Assembly: GCA_963705005.1 (NCBI GenBank)
Contig: CAVPIO010000001.1
Location: forward strand, 317,752 to 381,751
Direction of reading: 5' to 3'
Source of the DNA: an uncultured Chitinophagaceae bacterium
GTDB taxonomy: Bacteria; Bacteroidota; Bacteroidia; Chitinophagales; Chitinophagaceae
Length of the DNA stretch: 64,000 nucleotides
The translations under genes were made by a program, and so were the position numbers. Positions within the stretch are counted from its first letter, which is position 1, and the number at the start of each line of letters is the position of its first letter. The notes under the pieces were generated by a model that saw only the letters and a program-made list of their open reading frames with translations, was not told the origin of the DNA and did no database searches. Shown here piece by piece: positions 1 through 8,524 of this stretch.

Positions 1-367
1 TGAAACCATTTTTTGCCGCATCTTCGAGCGACAAAACGGTCAGGTCTGCGGACCGGATCACGGAAAGCGGAAAAGAAAAGAATCCGTTTACAAATACCAG
101 TTCATTGGCCTGTTCGTGCCCGGGTAAGCGCAGACCATCCAATTCAATTGCGGTTACCGAAGCAGTGAGAGAATCCTGGGGAAATTGATATTCCTGGTTG
201 AATAAGCCAGCCACCCGGGTATATTTCCATTCCTCGTTTTTTGTCGTCGGTATGCCCAGTTTGCTGAATACATTAAAGGCTTCCTGACGGATCGCGCTGA
301 ACCCATTATGACCATTGGCAGGCTGCCATTGATCAAACCGTTCTTTAAAATATTCTATCGTGTTCAT
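1..367 (-). CDS. sufD: Fe-S cluster assembly protein SufD, N-terminal part (gene runs off the window start)
   Basis: Own translation of the minus strand from ATG at 365-367 gives MNTIEYFKERFDQWQPANGHNGFSAIRQEAFNVFSKLGIPTTKNEEWKYT... It is open for all 122 codons to the window edge. It lies directly downstream of sufC in the conserved sufB-sufC-sufD order. It is absent from the ORF track because it is edge-truncated. Confidence 0.75.
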   Translation of the reverse strand, partial: MNTIEYFKERFDQWQPANGHNGFSAIRQEAFNVFSKLGIPTTKNEEWKYTRVAGLFNQEYQFPQDSLTASVTAIELDGLRLPGHEQANELVFVNGFFSFPLSVIRSADLTVLSLEDAAKNGF

Positions 368-390
368 TTTTTTATTTTGAATCCCGGGTG

Positions 391-1156
391 TTAAACCGTT
401 TCCACCTCACTCGTTTCATGCTTAATAAAATCATATCCTCTTTCTTCCAGTTCCTGGGCAAGTTCCTTGCCGCCAGATTTTACGATGCGACCATTGTACA
501 ATACATGAACAAAATCCGGAACTATATAATCAAGCAGACGCTGATAATGCGTAACTACCAAAACCGCATTCTCTTTATTACGCAGTTTGTTCACTCCATT
601 TGAAACAATACGTATGGCATCTATATCCAGCCCTGAATCGGTTTCATCAAGAATGGCGAGCTTCGGTTCCAGCATGGCCATCTGAAACACCTCGTTGCGT
701 TTTTTTTCGCCTCCTGAAAAACCTTCATTGAGGGAACGGGCTCAGCAGCGATTGTTCAATATTCATCAATGCCATTTTTTCCTTCATCAGTTTCAGGAAA
801 GCAACGGCATCCAGCGGATCCTGACCGCGATACTTGCGGATTTCATTCACGGCAGTCTTAATAAAATTGATCGTGTTCAGTCCCGGGATTTCCACCGGAT
901 ACTGAAATGCAAGGAACAAACCTTCTCCGGCTCTTTTTTCAGGCGAAAGTTCCAGCAGGTTCTTTCCCTGAAAGTCAGCTGTACCGCGACTGACTTCATA
1001 GTCAGCCCGACCTGCCAATACATTCGCCAGCGTACTTTTGCCTGAACCATTCGGCCCCATGATCGCATGCACTTCACCTGGTTTGACCTCCAGGTTGATC
1101 CCATTTAGAATTTTCTTTCCTTCAACGCCCGCATGCAAATTGTGAATCGATAACAT
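391..1156 (-). pseudogene. sufC: Fe-S cluster assembly ATPase SufC, interrupted by one single-base frameshift (sequencing error or real lesion)
   Basis: ORFs 725-1156 (Walker A GPNGSGKST) and 391-690 ([20 protein letters not shown]) are the two halves of one SufC. The frames join if one G of the GGG run at 738-740 is removed (...[26 protein letters not shown]...). 766 nt minus 1 is 765 nt, or 255 codons. Confidence 0.9.
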
Positions 1157-1210
1157 ATTCGTGAGCTATTATTTATGATGTTAAAATAATGTGCCAATTT
1201 GAAAATTTCC

Positions 1211-2697
1211 TCACCCAACACTTCCTTCCAAACTTACAGCAAGCAACTTTTGCGCTTCGATGGCGAACTCCATGGGCAAATGATTCATTACTTCTTTGGC
1301 AAAACCGTTAACGATCAAGTGCAACAGCAGTCTCTGTGGCTATTCCCCGCTGATTACAATAAAAAATCTGATCTTCTCCGATTTTAGAAGTTGTTGCTTC
1401 ATGTTCAACCACCGCAGAATTGTTTCTTACTTCTATATATGGAAAAGTATGTGCTCCGCATTTGTCGCCCAATAAAAGTGAGTCGCATTGGGAAAAGTTT
1501 CTGGCATTTTTCGCATTCTTGCTCACGTGCACCAGGCCCCGGTAGCTATTATTGCTGAATCCTGCAGATATGCCCTTTGAAACAATCCGGCTCTTGGTAT
1601 TCTTTCCGAGATGCATCATCTTGGTTCCGGTATCCGCCTGCTGATAATTGTTGGTAACCGCAACGGAATAAAATCCCCCGATAGAATGATCACCTTTAAG
1701 ATTACACTTGGATATTTCCAGGTTATCGCTGATCCGGTCTCCACCTGGGTCCAGGATATCTTGGCATGATCACCTTTGCAGATGCCTCTCTTGGTCACAA
1801 AATTGTAAATCCCTCCCTTACCCTGTTTATCGCCCGGATACCAGTTCTGGACCGTAGAATATTTTATTTCGGCATTTTCCATGGCAACCAACTCAACAAC
1901 GGCGGCATGCAGCTGGTTTTCGTCGCGCATGGGAGCCGTGCAACCTTCCAGATAGCTCACGTAGCTTCCGGCTTCGGCAATGATCAGTGTTCTTTCAAAC
2001 TGCCCGGTATTTTCAGCATTGATCCTGAAATAGGTCGACAGTTCCATCGGGCAACGAACGCCTTTGGGAATATAGCAAAATGAACCGTCGCTGAAAACAG
2101 CCGAATTCAGCGCAGCAAAATAATTGTCTGTTAAAGGAACCACAGAACTCAAATATTCCTTTACCAGCTCCGGGATGCTTCCTGGATCGCTTCACTCATG
2201 GAACAAAAGATGATCCCCAGCTCAGCCAGCTGACTTTTAAAAGTAGTCCCGATCGAAACACTATCAATTACCGCATCCACGGCAACACCGCTAAGTCTTT
2301 TCTGCTCATCCAGCGATATACCCAGCTTTTCGAACGTTTTTTTCAGTTCCGGGTCAATTTCATCCAGATTTTTCGGATTTATTTTTTGTTTTGGTGCCGA
2401 GTAATAATATGATATCCTGAAAATTGATCCTGCGGGTACTTGATATTGGCCCAGCTCGGCTCTTTCATCGTAAGCCAGTGACGATAGGCCTTCAATCTCC
2501 ATTCAAGCATCCATTCAGGTTCATTCTTTTTTGCCGAAATAAAACGAACAACCTCTTCATTGAGGCCCATAGGTGCCTCATCTGCTTCAATATCAGTTAC
2601 AAAGCCATATTTGTAATCACTGAAAACCGTTTTTTCTATCGTACTTAGCCCATCCCCGGAATCCTGGCTTTTAACAGGTAAAAATCTCTGATTTCAT
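1211..2697 (-). pseudogene. sufB: Fe-S cluster assembly protein SufB, broken into at least 5 frames by about 7 single-base indels
   Basis: ORF-track pieces 2379-2570, 2161-2502, 1616-2152 and 1308-1619, plus untracked ends, translate to a near-perfect SufB ([120 protein letters not shown]). Frame offsets between pieces are +1, +2, +2, -1 and +1. 1487 nt minus 6 insertions plus 1 deletion is 1482 nt, or 494 codons. Approximate lesion sites are 2680-2684, 2429, 2410-2413, 2178, 2171, 1706 and 1316. Confidence 0.9.
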
Positions 2698-2701
2698 TGC
2701 G

Positions 2702-2709
2702 CAAATTTA
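2702..2709 (-). promoter_or_regulatory. Candidate Bacteroidota -7 promoter box TAAATTTG, 4 nt upstream of the sufB ATG
   Basis: The minus-strand sequence is TAAATTTG-cgca-ATG. It matches the TAnnTTTG consensus described for Bacteroidetes promoters. Confidence 0.3.
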
Positions 2710-2799
2710 CGAATCTATTTATACAAAAAAGTATAAACAGAAATTTTTCTTTGGTTAAAAAATAGGCTGAAATGGTGGCGGAAACAGTCCTGGCAGCCC

Positions 2800-3225
2800 C
2801 TAGCGCAGCTTCCTCGATGTTCGATAGGCCGTGCCCTTAAAGAGGCAGACCAGCTCGTCTTTTTCATTTGTTGTCCGGATATCATACAGGCCCGTCTTAT
2901 CGCCAAGGTATAATTCCCGTGCCTCCACAGTTAGCAATTCGCCAATTTGAACCGCCCGTGTGAAAGCAATGGAAGCGTCCAGGGCAACCGTGATCCTTCC
3001 ATGGGAATTGCAGGCAAAGGCAAATGCGGAATCCGAGGCAGAAAACAATACGCCGCCATGCACGTTCAGGAAGCCGTTCAGCATATTCTCCCTGACGGTA
3101 AAATGAAGCCTGCAGTATCCCTCTTTAATCTCGTCCACCTGCAATCCGAGCCAGCGCGTAAAAAGGTCTCTGGAAATCATGGAATTCAGTACCTCGCCGG
3201 GCGTCAAATCTTTTTCTTCCTTCAT
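2800..3225 (-). CDS. PaaI/hotdog-fold acyl-CoA thioesterase
   Basis: This is a 141-aa intact ORF. It has the PaaI-type core NGFLNVHGGVLFSASDSAFAFACNS. Its ATG (3223-3225) overlaps the stop of the upstream ORF in an ATGA junction. Confidence 0.8.
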   Translation of the reverse strand: MKEEKDLTPGEVLNSMISRDLFTRWLGLQVDEIKEGYCRLHFTVRENMLNGFLNVHGGVLFSASDSAFAFACNSHGRITVALDASIAFTRAVQIGELLTVEARELYLGDKTGLYDIRTTNEKDELVCLFKGTAYRTSRKLR

Positions 3226-3647
3226 AGAGACAGATTTGCGAAATAAAAGGGCAGCTGATGATATAAAAACCGGACCTCTTCTTTAAACCGGTTACTCCGG
3301 AGATGGCAAATGGCATCAAATGGCAGCGTTTCGATTTCAGGGTCAAACAGCATGTTAATAATCTGATGAGGCGTCATGAAGTTAACTCAAATAAGACCTT
3401 CAACGACCGATTCTTCAAATTCAGCAGGGATTTACGGCCACTCGTCGAAATCATTTTCAATTCAGGTGACCAGATTGCATCTTTGTGAATCTGGCTGATA
3501 TTTCAGTTTATAAAAAGCCTGGCAACAGGAATCCACGGCCCTAAAAACGGCTTTTCCCCGGTTCCATTCGTCGAAGAAATACGACCAAAAATCGAGCATT
3601 AATGGCCAATGGTCGAAAAAATGCCTCCCTTCCTTATTAATTGACAA
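3222..3647 (-). pseudogene. Unknown ORF (142 codons in one frame) carrying three in-frame stop codons; coupled by ATGA overlap to the thioesterase gene
   Basis: Own translation of one minus-strand frame gives (TTG)SINKEGRHFFDHWPLMLDFWSYFFDEWNRGKAVFRAVDSCCQAFYKLKYQPDSQRCNLVT*IENDFDEWP*IPAEFEESVVEGLI*VNFMTPHQIINMLFDPEIETLPFDAICHLRSNRFKEEVRFLYHQLPFYFANLSL*. The internal stops are TGA 3462-3464, TAA 3432-3434 and TGA 3387-3389. Confidence 0.55.
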
Positions 3648-3716
3648 ACTTTAAGGTGATTTTGACCCTTCCAGGTTCAGTATTTAGTTCGAAGTACCTG
3701 AAGTAAACCGTGACCC

Positions 3717-6700
3717 ATGAAACTAAACCTTTACCCTATCACCGGGTTTATCATGCTGTTTTTTCTACAGTTCAGCCTGGTAAACAACCTTGCAGCCCAG
3801 GATTGCAGCGGATTAACGGCAACCTATACTTCAACCGAATCCAGGTGTACGGCAACGGGCTCACTTCAGGTAAATGCCTCAGGTGGTTCAGGAACCTATA
3901 ACTACAAGGTATCGGGGACTGTTTCCGAAGATTTTACTTCTTCCAGCACCATTACTGGTTTACCTCCGGGATTTTATAACCTGACGGTAAAGGATATCGT
4001 ATCAGGATGTACATATGAAATTGACAGTATCTCCATTTCCGGTTCCTACAGTGATCCCAGGTTTGGCATCACAGAAACAGACGTGACATGCGTGAATGGA
4101 AATGACGGAGTCATATCAGTGGCTGCCATGCTGGGTGGACGCGCTCCGTTTTCTTTCAGCCTGGTTGCACCTTCACCGATGGGAATCGGAACAACAAATT
4201 CCACCGGAACTTTTACCGGCCTGATCCCGGGATCATATGCCGTTCAGATGACAGACTCCTGCGGAGGTATTCAAACCCGTAATATCAGCATACAGAATTA
4301 TACCTGGTCTATCGTTTCGGCGCCAGTCACGCTGGTGAGTTGTACTTCCTACCAGGCAACGATAAATTTATTGGACAGCAAAGGAAACACCAACAGTTCC
4401 GGCTCAGCCTTTAATGGATTTCAATACGGGGTTGTTAACGGACCGGGTGATACCACCTGGTTTACAACCTCCACTTTCAGTTATGACCTGGGCCAGAAAA
4501 GGACTGTGACCCTGGTGGCTAAAGACAGGTGTGGAAATGTTCAATTCAAAAACTGGACAAACGCAGTCATTCCATCCGTTGCTTCAGGAGTGACGGTTTC
4601 ATCCTTAACATGTACAGGTTTTAATGTTTCGATTACGGGAATGCAACATCTTACCAGCCCGACCTACTGCATATTTGATAATCTGGGAAATCCCGTAACC
4701 GGTCAGCCCTGCAATACAACCGGGTCTTTTACAGCTCTGCCCTATGGCGCTTATTGCATCAAAATAACCAATACCTGTTTTGATACAGTGATCAGCAGAT
4801 GTTTCAGCGAGGCAAGACCTATCCCGGCCATTACGGGCGCCGTAAGCATTTCCAATTTTACCTGTACGACCGTAACAGCAACGGTAACCGGACAACAAAA
4901 CCTGAAAAGCCCACAATTTTGCCTTTTTGATAATCTCGGGAATCCCGTCGGTTCCTGCAATGCGACAGGTATTTTCAATAATGTGCCCTACGGTTCCTAT
5001 TCAATTGTGGTGACGGACGGTTGTACCGGCTCCGTTTTCACGGTTAATTTTAATGCCGCCAAGCGTGTACGCTCTGTTGCAAGCAACGTAACGACGAATG
5101 GATTCACATGTACCAGCTTTAATGCGACCGTAACAGGGCAATCAAACCTGACCACACCGCAATATTGTCTGGTGGATAGTGTGGGAAATCCGATTACCTG
5201 CAACAGTACAGGTATATTCAATGGACTTTCTTTCGGGTCTTATTGTATTAACGTGACAGATGCCTGTGCAGACACCAGCATCCAGAGATGCTTTACCGTT
5301 GTGCAACCTCCGCCGACCGCAGGCGCACCGGCAATCGGTAATAAGACATGTACGGGATTTACGGTCACCGTTACCGGTCAGGCAAATTTGTATAACGGAC
5401 AGTATTGCCTCCAGGATAACCTGGGCAATCCGATACCGGCCATACCTTGCAATACCACGGGAATATTTACGAATGTTCCATACGGATCTTATTGTATAAA
5501 AATTACTGACGGATGCACCGGAACCGTCATCACGAAATGTTTTTCGGTTACCGCGCCTGTTCCCTCTGTCGGCCCCGAAGTAACGAGCAATCTGAGTTGT
5601 TCCGGATTCACTGCAACTATCTCCAACCAGCAAAACCTGACTAACCCCAGCTTTTGTCTTTTTGATAATCTTCACAACCAGATTGGAGCATGTAACAATA
5701 CGGGAGTATTCAACATAACCGGATTTGGAACTTATTCTATCCAGACAACCGACGGATGTGCAGGTGCAGTTTTTACATCAAACTTTTCGGTGACTAAACC
5801 GGTTCCTTCCGTAGGACCAACCGTCAATTTCAGCAATCAGAGTTGTACTACGTTTTCTGCATCCATTACCGGTCAGCTGTTTTTGAACGGAGCAACATAC
5901 TTTCTGAGGGATAGCACCGGAGTAGTTATCAACACGAATACCACCGGCGTTTTTAACAATATGGTTTATGGATCTTATTGCATCGATATTCTGAATGCCT
6001 GTTCGGATACCATCATTGTAAGATGTTTTGCGCTGGCACCCAGCTCAACGATTATGAGTGTAACTGCAACGCCTTCATGCACATTCAATGCAAGTGATCT
6101 TACAGTGAATATAACTTCCGGATTTTCACCCTACGTCGTGAATGTTTTCGATAGCCTGAATAATCTGCTAAAAACAGTTACGACATCCAGCAATAATATT
6201 CTTATTCCGCAAATTCCGGCCGCTGTGCCAGGCCAGCAGTATAGAGTGGTTGTAACGGGAACCTGCGGCATACCTGCCACCCAAAATGTTCTGGCCCAGC
6301 AGAGCACACTGACGCATGCTTACACGATTACTCCGAAATGCCCATCCAGCATTCAGCAGAATGGCTCGTCTGACCTGCTGGTGGTTGCCAGCACTAACCT
6401 GGCGGGCGTCAACCTTTCGATCACGCAAAAGGATTTTGTGCCAACTTCCATCGGGTATTCTTTCAGGTCCGGCAATAACTTTACATTTAGTAATCTGGAC
6501 GCTGCAGTATATGTGATTACGTATACCTTCACCGGTTGCATCACCACCATCAATGATACCGTTACGCTTCCGGACTATGCATTCCCCGATCTGGCCAGGT
6601 CAGCAGCCTTCCAGTGCGACAATAATAGCTTTAGTGTTGGTGCGTCTGTAAGTGGCGGAGTTGGTCCGTTTACCTATCAGGTGATAGGCAGCGTGCCTTC

Positions 6701-7664
6701 AACACCCAGCATCATTTCTTTGCCCCAAACAAATCCCGTTTTCAGCATCAATAACGGCGTTCAGTATTCTCTCGTGCGGCTGAGAGCAATTGACGCATGT
6801 GGAAATGCCGCGTTGAACGACGTGAGCATTCTGCCATTGGCCAACACCATTGTAACCGCCACTTCAGATTGTATTTATCAGAATATTACGCTGTCAACAG
6901 ATGTTGTACCAAATGCAACATATATCTGGTACAAGAAATTAACAGCTGATGCTACTGACAGTACGCTGGTTGGCACGAATCCAACTTATAATATTCCATT
7001 TCTCACGCCGGCCGATACCGGAGTGTATGTAAACCGCATGTCAGTAAATAGCGGCTGTTTGACCAAGCTTTCCTATTTTCATCTTGACGGGATGTGCGGA
7101 GGCTTGATTGTATTGGCGCAGGCGGTGACGCTTAAAGGCCATGCCTTAAGCGAAACCAGTTCCCAATTGTTCTGGGATGCTCCGGGCGATGCAGGCGGAA
7201 CAACCTACCAGGTGGAAAGGAAAAATGAAAACAACAGTGACTTTGAATTCATTGGTGCTGTACAGGGGAATTCCGGGGCCGGTTCCTACAATTTTATCGA
7301 TAATAACTTTGGGAGAGGGGCCAATCTCTACAGGCTAAAAATAGTTAGTGCAGATGGGAAGTTTGCCTATAGTAATACAGTTCAGATTATTACTCAATCA
7401 ACAGATCAGATCTCGGTGTACCCGAACCCGGTAAGTAATATATTGAATATTAATATTCAGTCAACGCAAACTCAGCGCTTTCAGGTTGGTCTATATAATA
7501 TCGCCGGACAGGTCATCTTCACCGGATCACCCGTATCAATCCAGAACAGTACGATTGTGTATTACCGTGATGCTTCTGTTGCTCCCGGTTTATACTTTCT
7601 TAAAGTGAAGAATCTTTCCAGCGGAGAAAGTACTGTTTATAAGGTGATGTTTGGGGAAAGGTAA
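3717..7664 (+). CDS. T9SS-secreted Cys-rich repeat adhesin-like surface protein (1315 aa)
   Basis: The ORF is intact at 1315 aa with a hydrophobic N-terminal signal-like segment. It has SprB-repeat-like modules (CTATGSLQVNASGGSGTYNYKV, DVTCVNGNDGVISV, CDNNSFSVGASVSGGVGPFTYQV) and six tandem units of about 81 aa. The C-terminal 80 aa or so fit the T9SS type-A sorting domain pattern (ISVYPNPVSNILNINI...APGLYFLKVKN). Confidence 0.85.
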   Translation: MKLNLYPITGFIMLFFLQFSLVNNLAAQDCSGLTATYTSTESRCTATGSLQVNASGGSGTYNYKVSGTVSEDFTSSSTITGLPPGFYNLTVKDIVSGCTYEIDSISISGSYSDPRFGITETDVTCVNGNDGVISVAAMLGGRAPFSFSLVAPSPMGIGTTNSTGTFTGLIPGSYAVQMTDSCGGIQTRNISIQNYTWSIVSAPVTLVSCTSYQATINLLDSKGNTNSSGSAFNGFQYGVVNGPGDTTWFTTSTFSYDLGQKRTVTLVAKDRCGNVQFKNWTNAVIPSVASGVTVSSLTCTGFNVSITGMQHLTSPTYCIFDNLGNPVTGQPCNTTGSFTALPYGAYCIKITNTCFDTVISRCFSEARPIPAITGAVSISNFTCTTVTATVTGQQNLKSPQFCLFDNLGNPVGSCNATGIFNNVPYGSYSIVVTDGCTGSVFTVNFNAAKRVRSVASNVTTNGFTCTSFNATVTGQSNLTTPQYCLVDSVGNPITCNSTGIFNGLSFGSYCINVTDACADTSIQRCFTVVQPPPTAGAPAIGNKTCTGFTVTVTGQANLYNGQYCLQDNLGNPIPAIPCNTTGIFTNVPYGSYCIKITDGCTGTVITKCFSVTAPVPSVGPEVTSNLSCSGFTATISNQQNLTNPSFCLFDNLHNQIGACNNTGVFNITGFGTYSIQTTDGCAGAVFTSNFSVTKPVPSVGPTVNFSNQSCTTFSASITGQLFLNGATYFLRDSTGVVINTNTTGVFNNMVYGSYCIDILNACSDTIIVRCFALAPSSTIMSVTATPSCTFNASDLTVNITSGFSPYVVNVFDSLNNLLKTVTTSSNNILIPQIPAAVPGQQYRVVVTGTCGIPATQNVLAQQSTLTHAYTITPKCPSSIQQNGSSDLLVVASTNLAGVNLSITQKDFVPTSIGYSFRSGNNFTFSNLDAAVYVITYTFTGCITTINDTVTLPDYAFPDLARSAAFQCDNNSFSVGASVSGGVGPFTYQVIGSVPSTPSIISLPQTNPVFSINNGVQYSLVRLRAIDACGNAALNDVSILPLANTIVTATSDCIYQNITLSTDVVPNATYIWYKKLTADATDSTLVGTNPTYNIPFLTPADTGVYVNRMSVNSGCLTKLSYFHLDGMCGGLIVLAQAVTLKGHALSETSSQLFWDAPGDAGGTTYQVERKNENNSDFEFIGAVQGNSGAGSYNFIDNNFGRGANLYRLKIVSADGKFAYSNTVQIITQSTDQISVYPNPVSNILNINIQSTQTQRFQVGLYNIAGQVIFTGSPVSIQNSTIVYYRDASVAPGLYFLKVKNLSSGESTVYKVMFGER
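4572..6041 (+). repeat. Six tandem repeats of about 243-246 nt (about 81 aa) inside the adhesin gene
   Basis: The repeats cover aa 286-775. Each unit has the pattern ..C(T/S)(G/T/S)F.(A/V)(T/S)(I/V)(T/S)(G/N)Q.NL..P.(Y/F)C(L/I).D..GNP...CN.TG.F....(Y/F)G.Y.I...D.C......(R/K)CF. Examples are SLTCTGFNVSITGMQHLTSPTYCIFDNLGNPV and KTCTGFTVTVTGQANLYNGQYCLQDNLGNPI. The copies are diverged at the DNA level. Confidence 0.85.
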
Positions 7665-7669
7665 ATTCA

Positions 7670-7794
7670 GTTGATGGTTGATGGAGGCCTCAAAGAATTT
7701 AAATAACCAAAATGGGATTCCAACTGCGGTACTGATGAATTCAATTTGGGTATCACCCAAAAAGTCCATCAACAATCAACTATCAACCATCAAC
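7670..7794. repeat. Heptamer-arm inverted repeat, GTTGATR family, copy 1
   Basis: The left arm is GTTGATG GTTGATG GA (7670-7685). The right arm is TC CATCAAC AATCAAC TATCAAC CATCAAC (7765-7794). The spacer is about 80 nt. It lies between the adhesin stop (7664) and a convergent small ORF. Confidence 0.85.
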
Positions 7795-7966
7795 TAAATC
7801 CCAGCGTTTTCCTGTTCGGGTACAAAACGTCTTCCGCAGTTTCATAACCTTCATTGGCAATATGAATGCGTTTCTTTTCTGTTATCTTTCTGGTTCTGAT
7901 ATAGTGAATGACCACTATTGCGGCAAGGGTTATGCCAATACCGACCAATACTTTACTGCTTTTCAT
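7790..7966 (-). CDS. Small hypothetical membrane protein (58 aa, below the ORF-track cutoff)
   Basis: Own translation gives MKSSKVLVGIGITLAAIVVIHYIRTRKITEKKRIHIANEGYETAEDVLYPNRKTLGFS*. It has one hydrophobic helix. Its TGA stop lies inside the last heptamer of the adjacent repeat. Confidence 0.35.
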   Translation of the reverse strand: MKSSKVLVGIGITLAAIVVIHYIRTRKITEKKRIHIANEGYETAEDVLYPNRKTLGFS

Positions 7967-7997
7967 TCGGCAAAATTATCGTTCTGATTCATAGTTC

Positions 7998-8432
7998 TCA
8001 ACTAACGCTAAGGAGTTCCACTTCAAAGATCAGCGTGCTGTTCGGACCGATCTGTGCGCTCACCTGCCTGTTCCCGTAGCCGAGATCGGGAGGAATAAAA
8101 AACCGCCATTTGCTCCCGACCGCCATTAACTGAAGGCCCTCCGTCCAGCCCTTAATGACCATATTCAGCGGGAAACTGGCAGGCTGGCCGCGGTCAACCG
8201 AACTGTCAAATACAGTGCCATCAATAAGAGTACCATGATAATGGCAGGTGACTTTGTTTGCAGCCGTTGGTTTTACCCCTTTCCCTTCAATTAAAATTTC
8301 ATACTGCAACCCGCTTGGCAATGCCGTAATACCGGGCCGGCGCTCATTGGATTTTAAGAAGTCATGCCCTGATTTCAAATTGATGGTTGCCTTTTGATTT
8401 CTCAATTGGAATAGTTTGTCGGTAATGCCCAT
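7998..8432 (-). CDS. FKBP-type peptidyl-prolyl cis-trans isomerase
   Basis: This is a 144-aa ORF with an FKBP core: VTCHYHGTLIDGTVFDSSVDRGQPASFPLNMVIKGWTEGLQLM...FFIPPDLGYG. Confidence 0.9.
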   Translation of the reverse strand: MGITDKLFQLRNQKATINLKSGHDFLKSNERRPGITALPSGLQYEILIEGKGVKPTAANKVTCHYHGTLIDGTVFDSSVDRGQPASFPLNMVIKGWTEGLQLMAVGSKWRFFIPPDLGYGNRQVSAQIGPNSTLIFEVELLSVS

Positions 8433-8524
8433 AGCCGTGATTTGGGCAAAGTTAATTTAAACTACATTTATCCTGTCATTGCAGGATTTATTTACCTAAC
8501 CATAATCCGGAGATCTTACTTTTT

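Noticed and set aside
1211-2697. Multiple sufB frame changes as programmed frameshifts
   Set aside because: There are about seven shifts in both directions, with no slippery or stimulatory motifs, and some lie only 7-20 nt apart. This is incompatible with recoding and fits errors or decay.
3387-3464. In-frame TGA codons as selenocysteine or another stop-codon reassignment
   Set aside because: One of the three internal stops is TAA. Neighbouring genes terminate normally on TGA and TAA, no SECIS-like hairpin follows the stops, and the adjacent genes show plain indel damage.
5142-5675. 177-aa minus-strand ORF inside the adhesin gene
   Set aside because: It is a shadow ORF in the repeat region of the 1315-aa T9SS protein.
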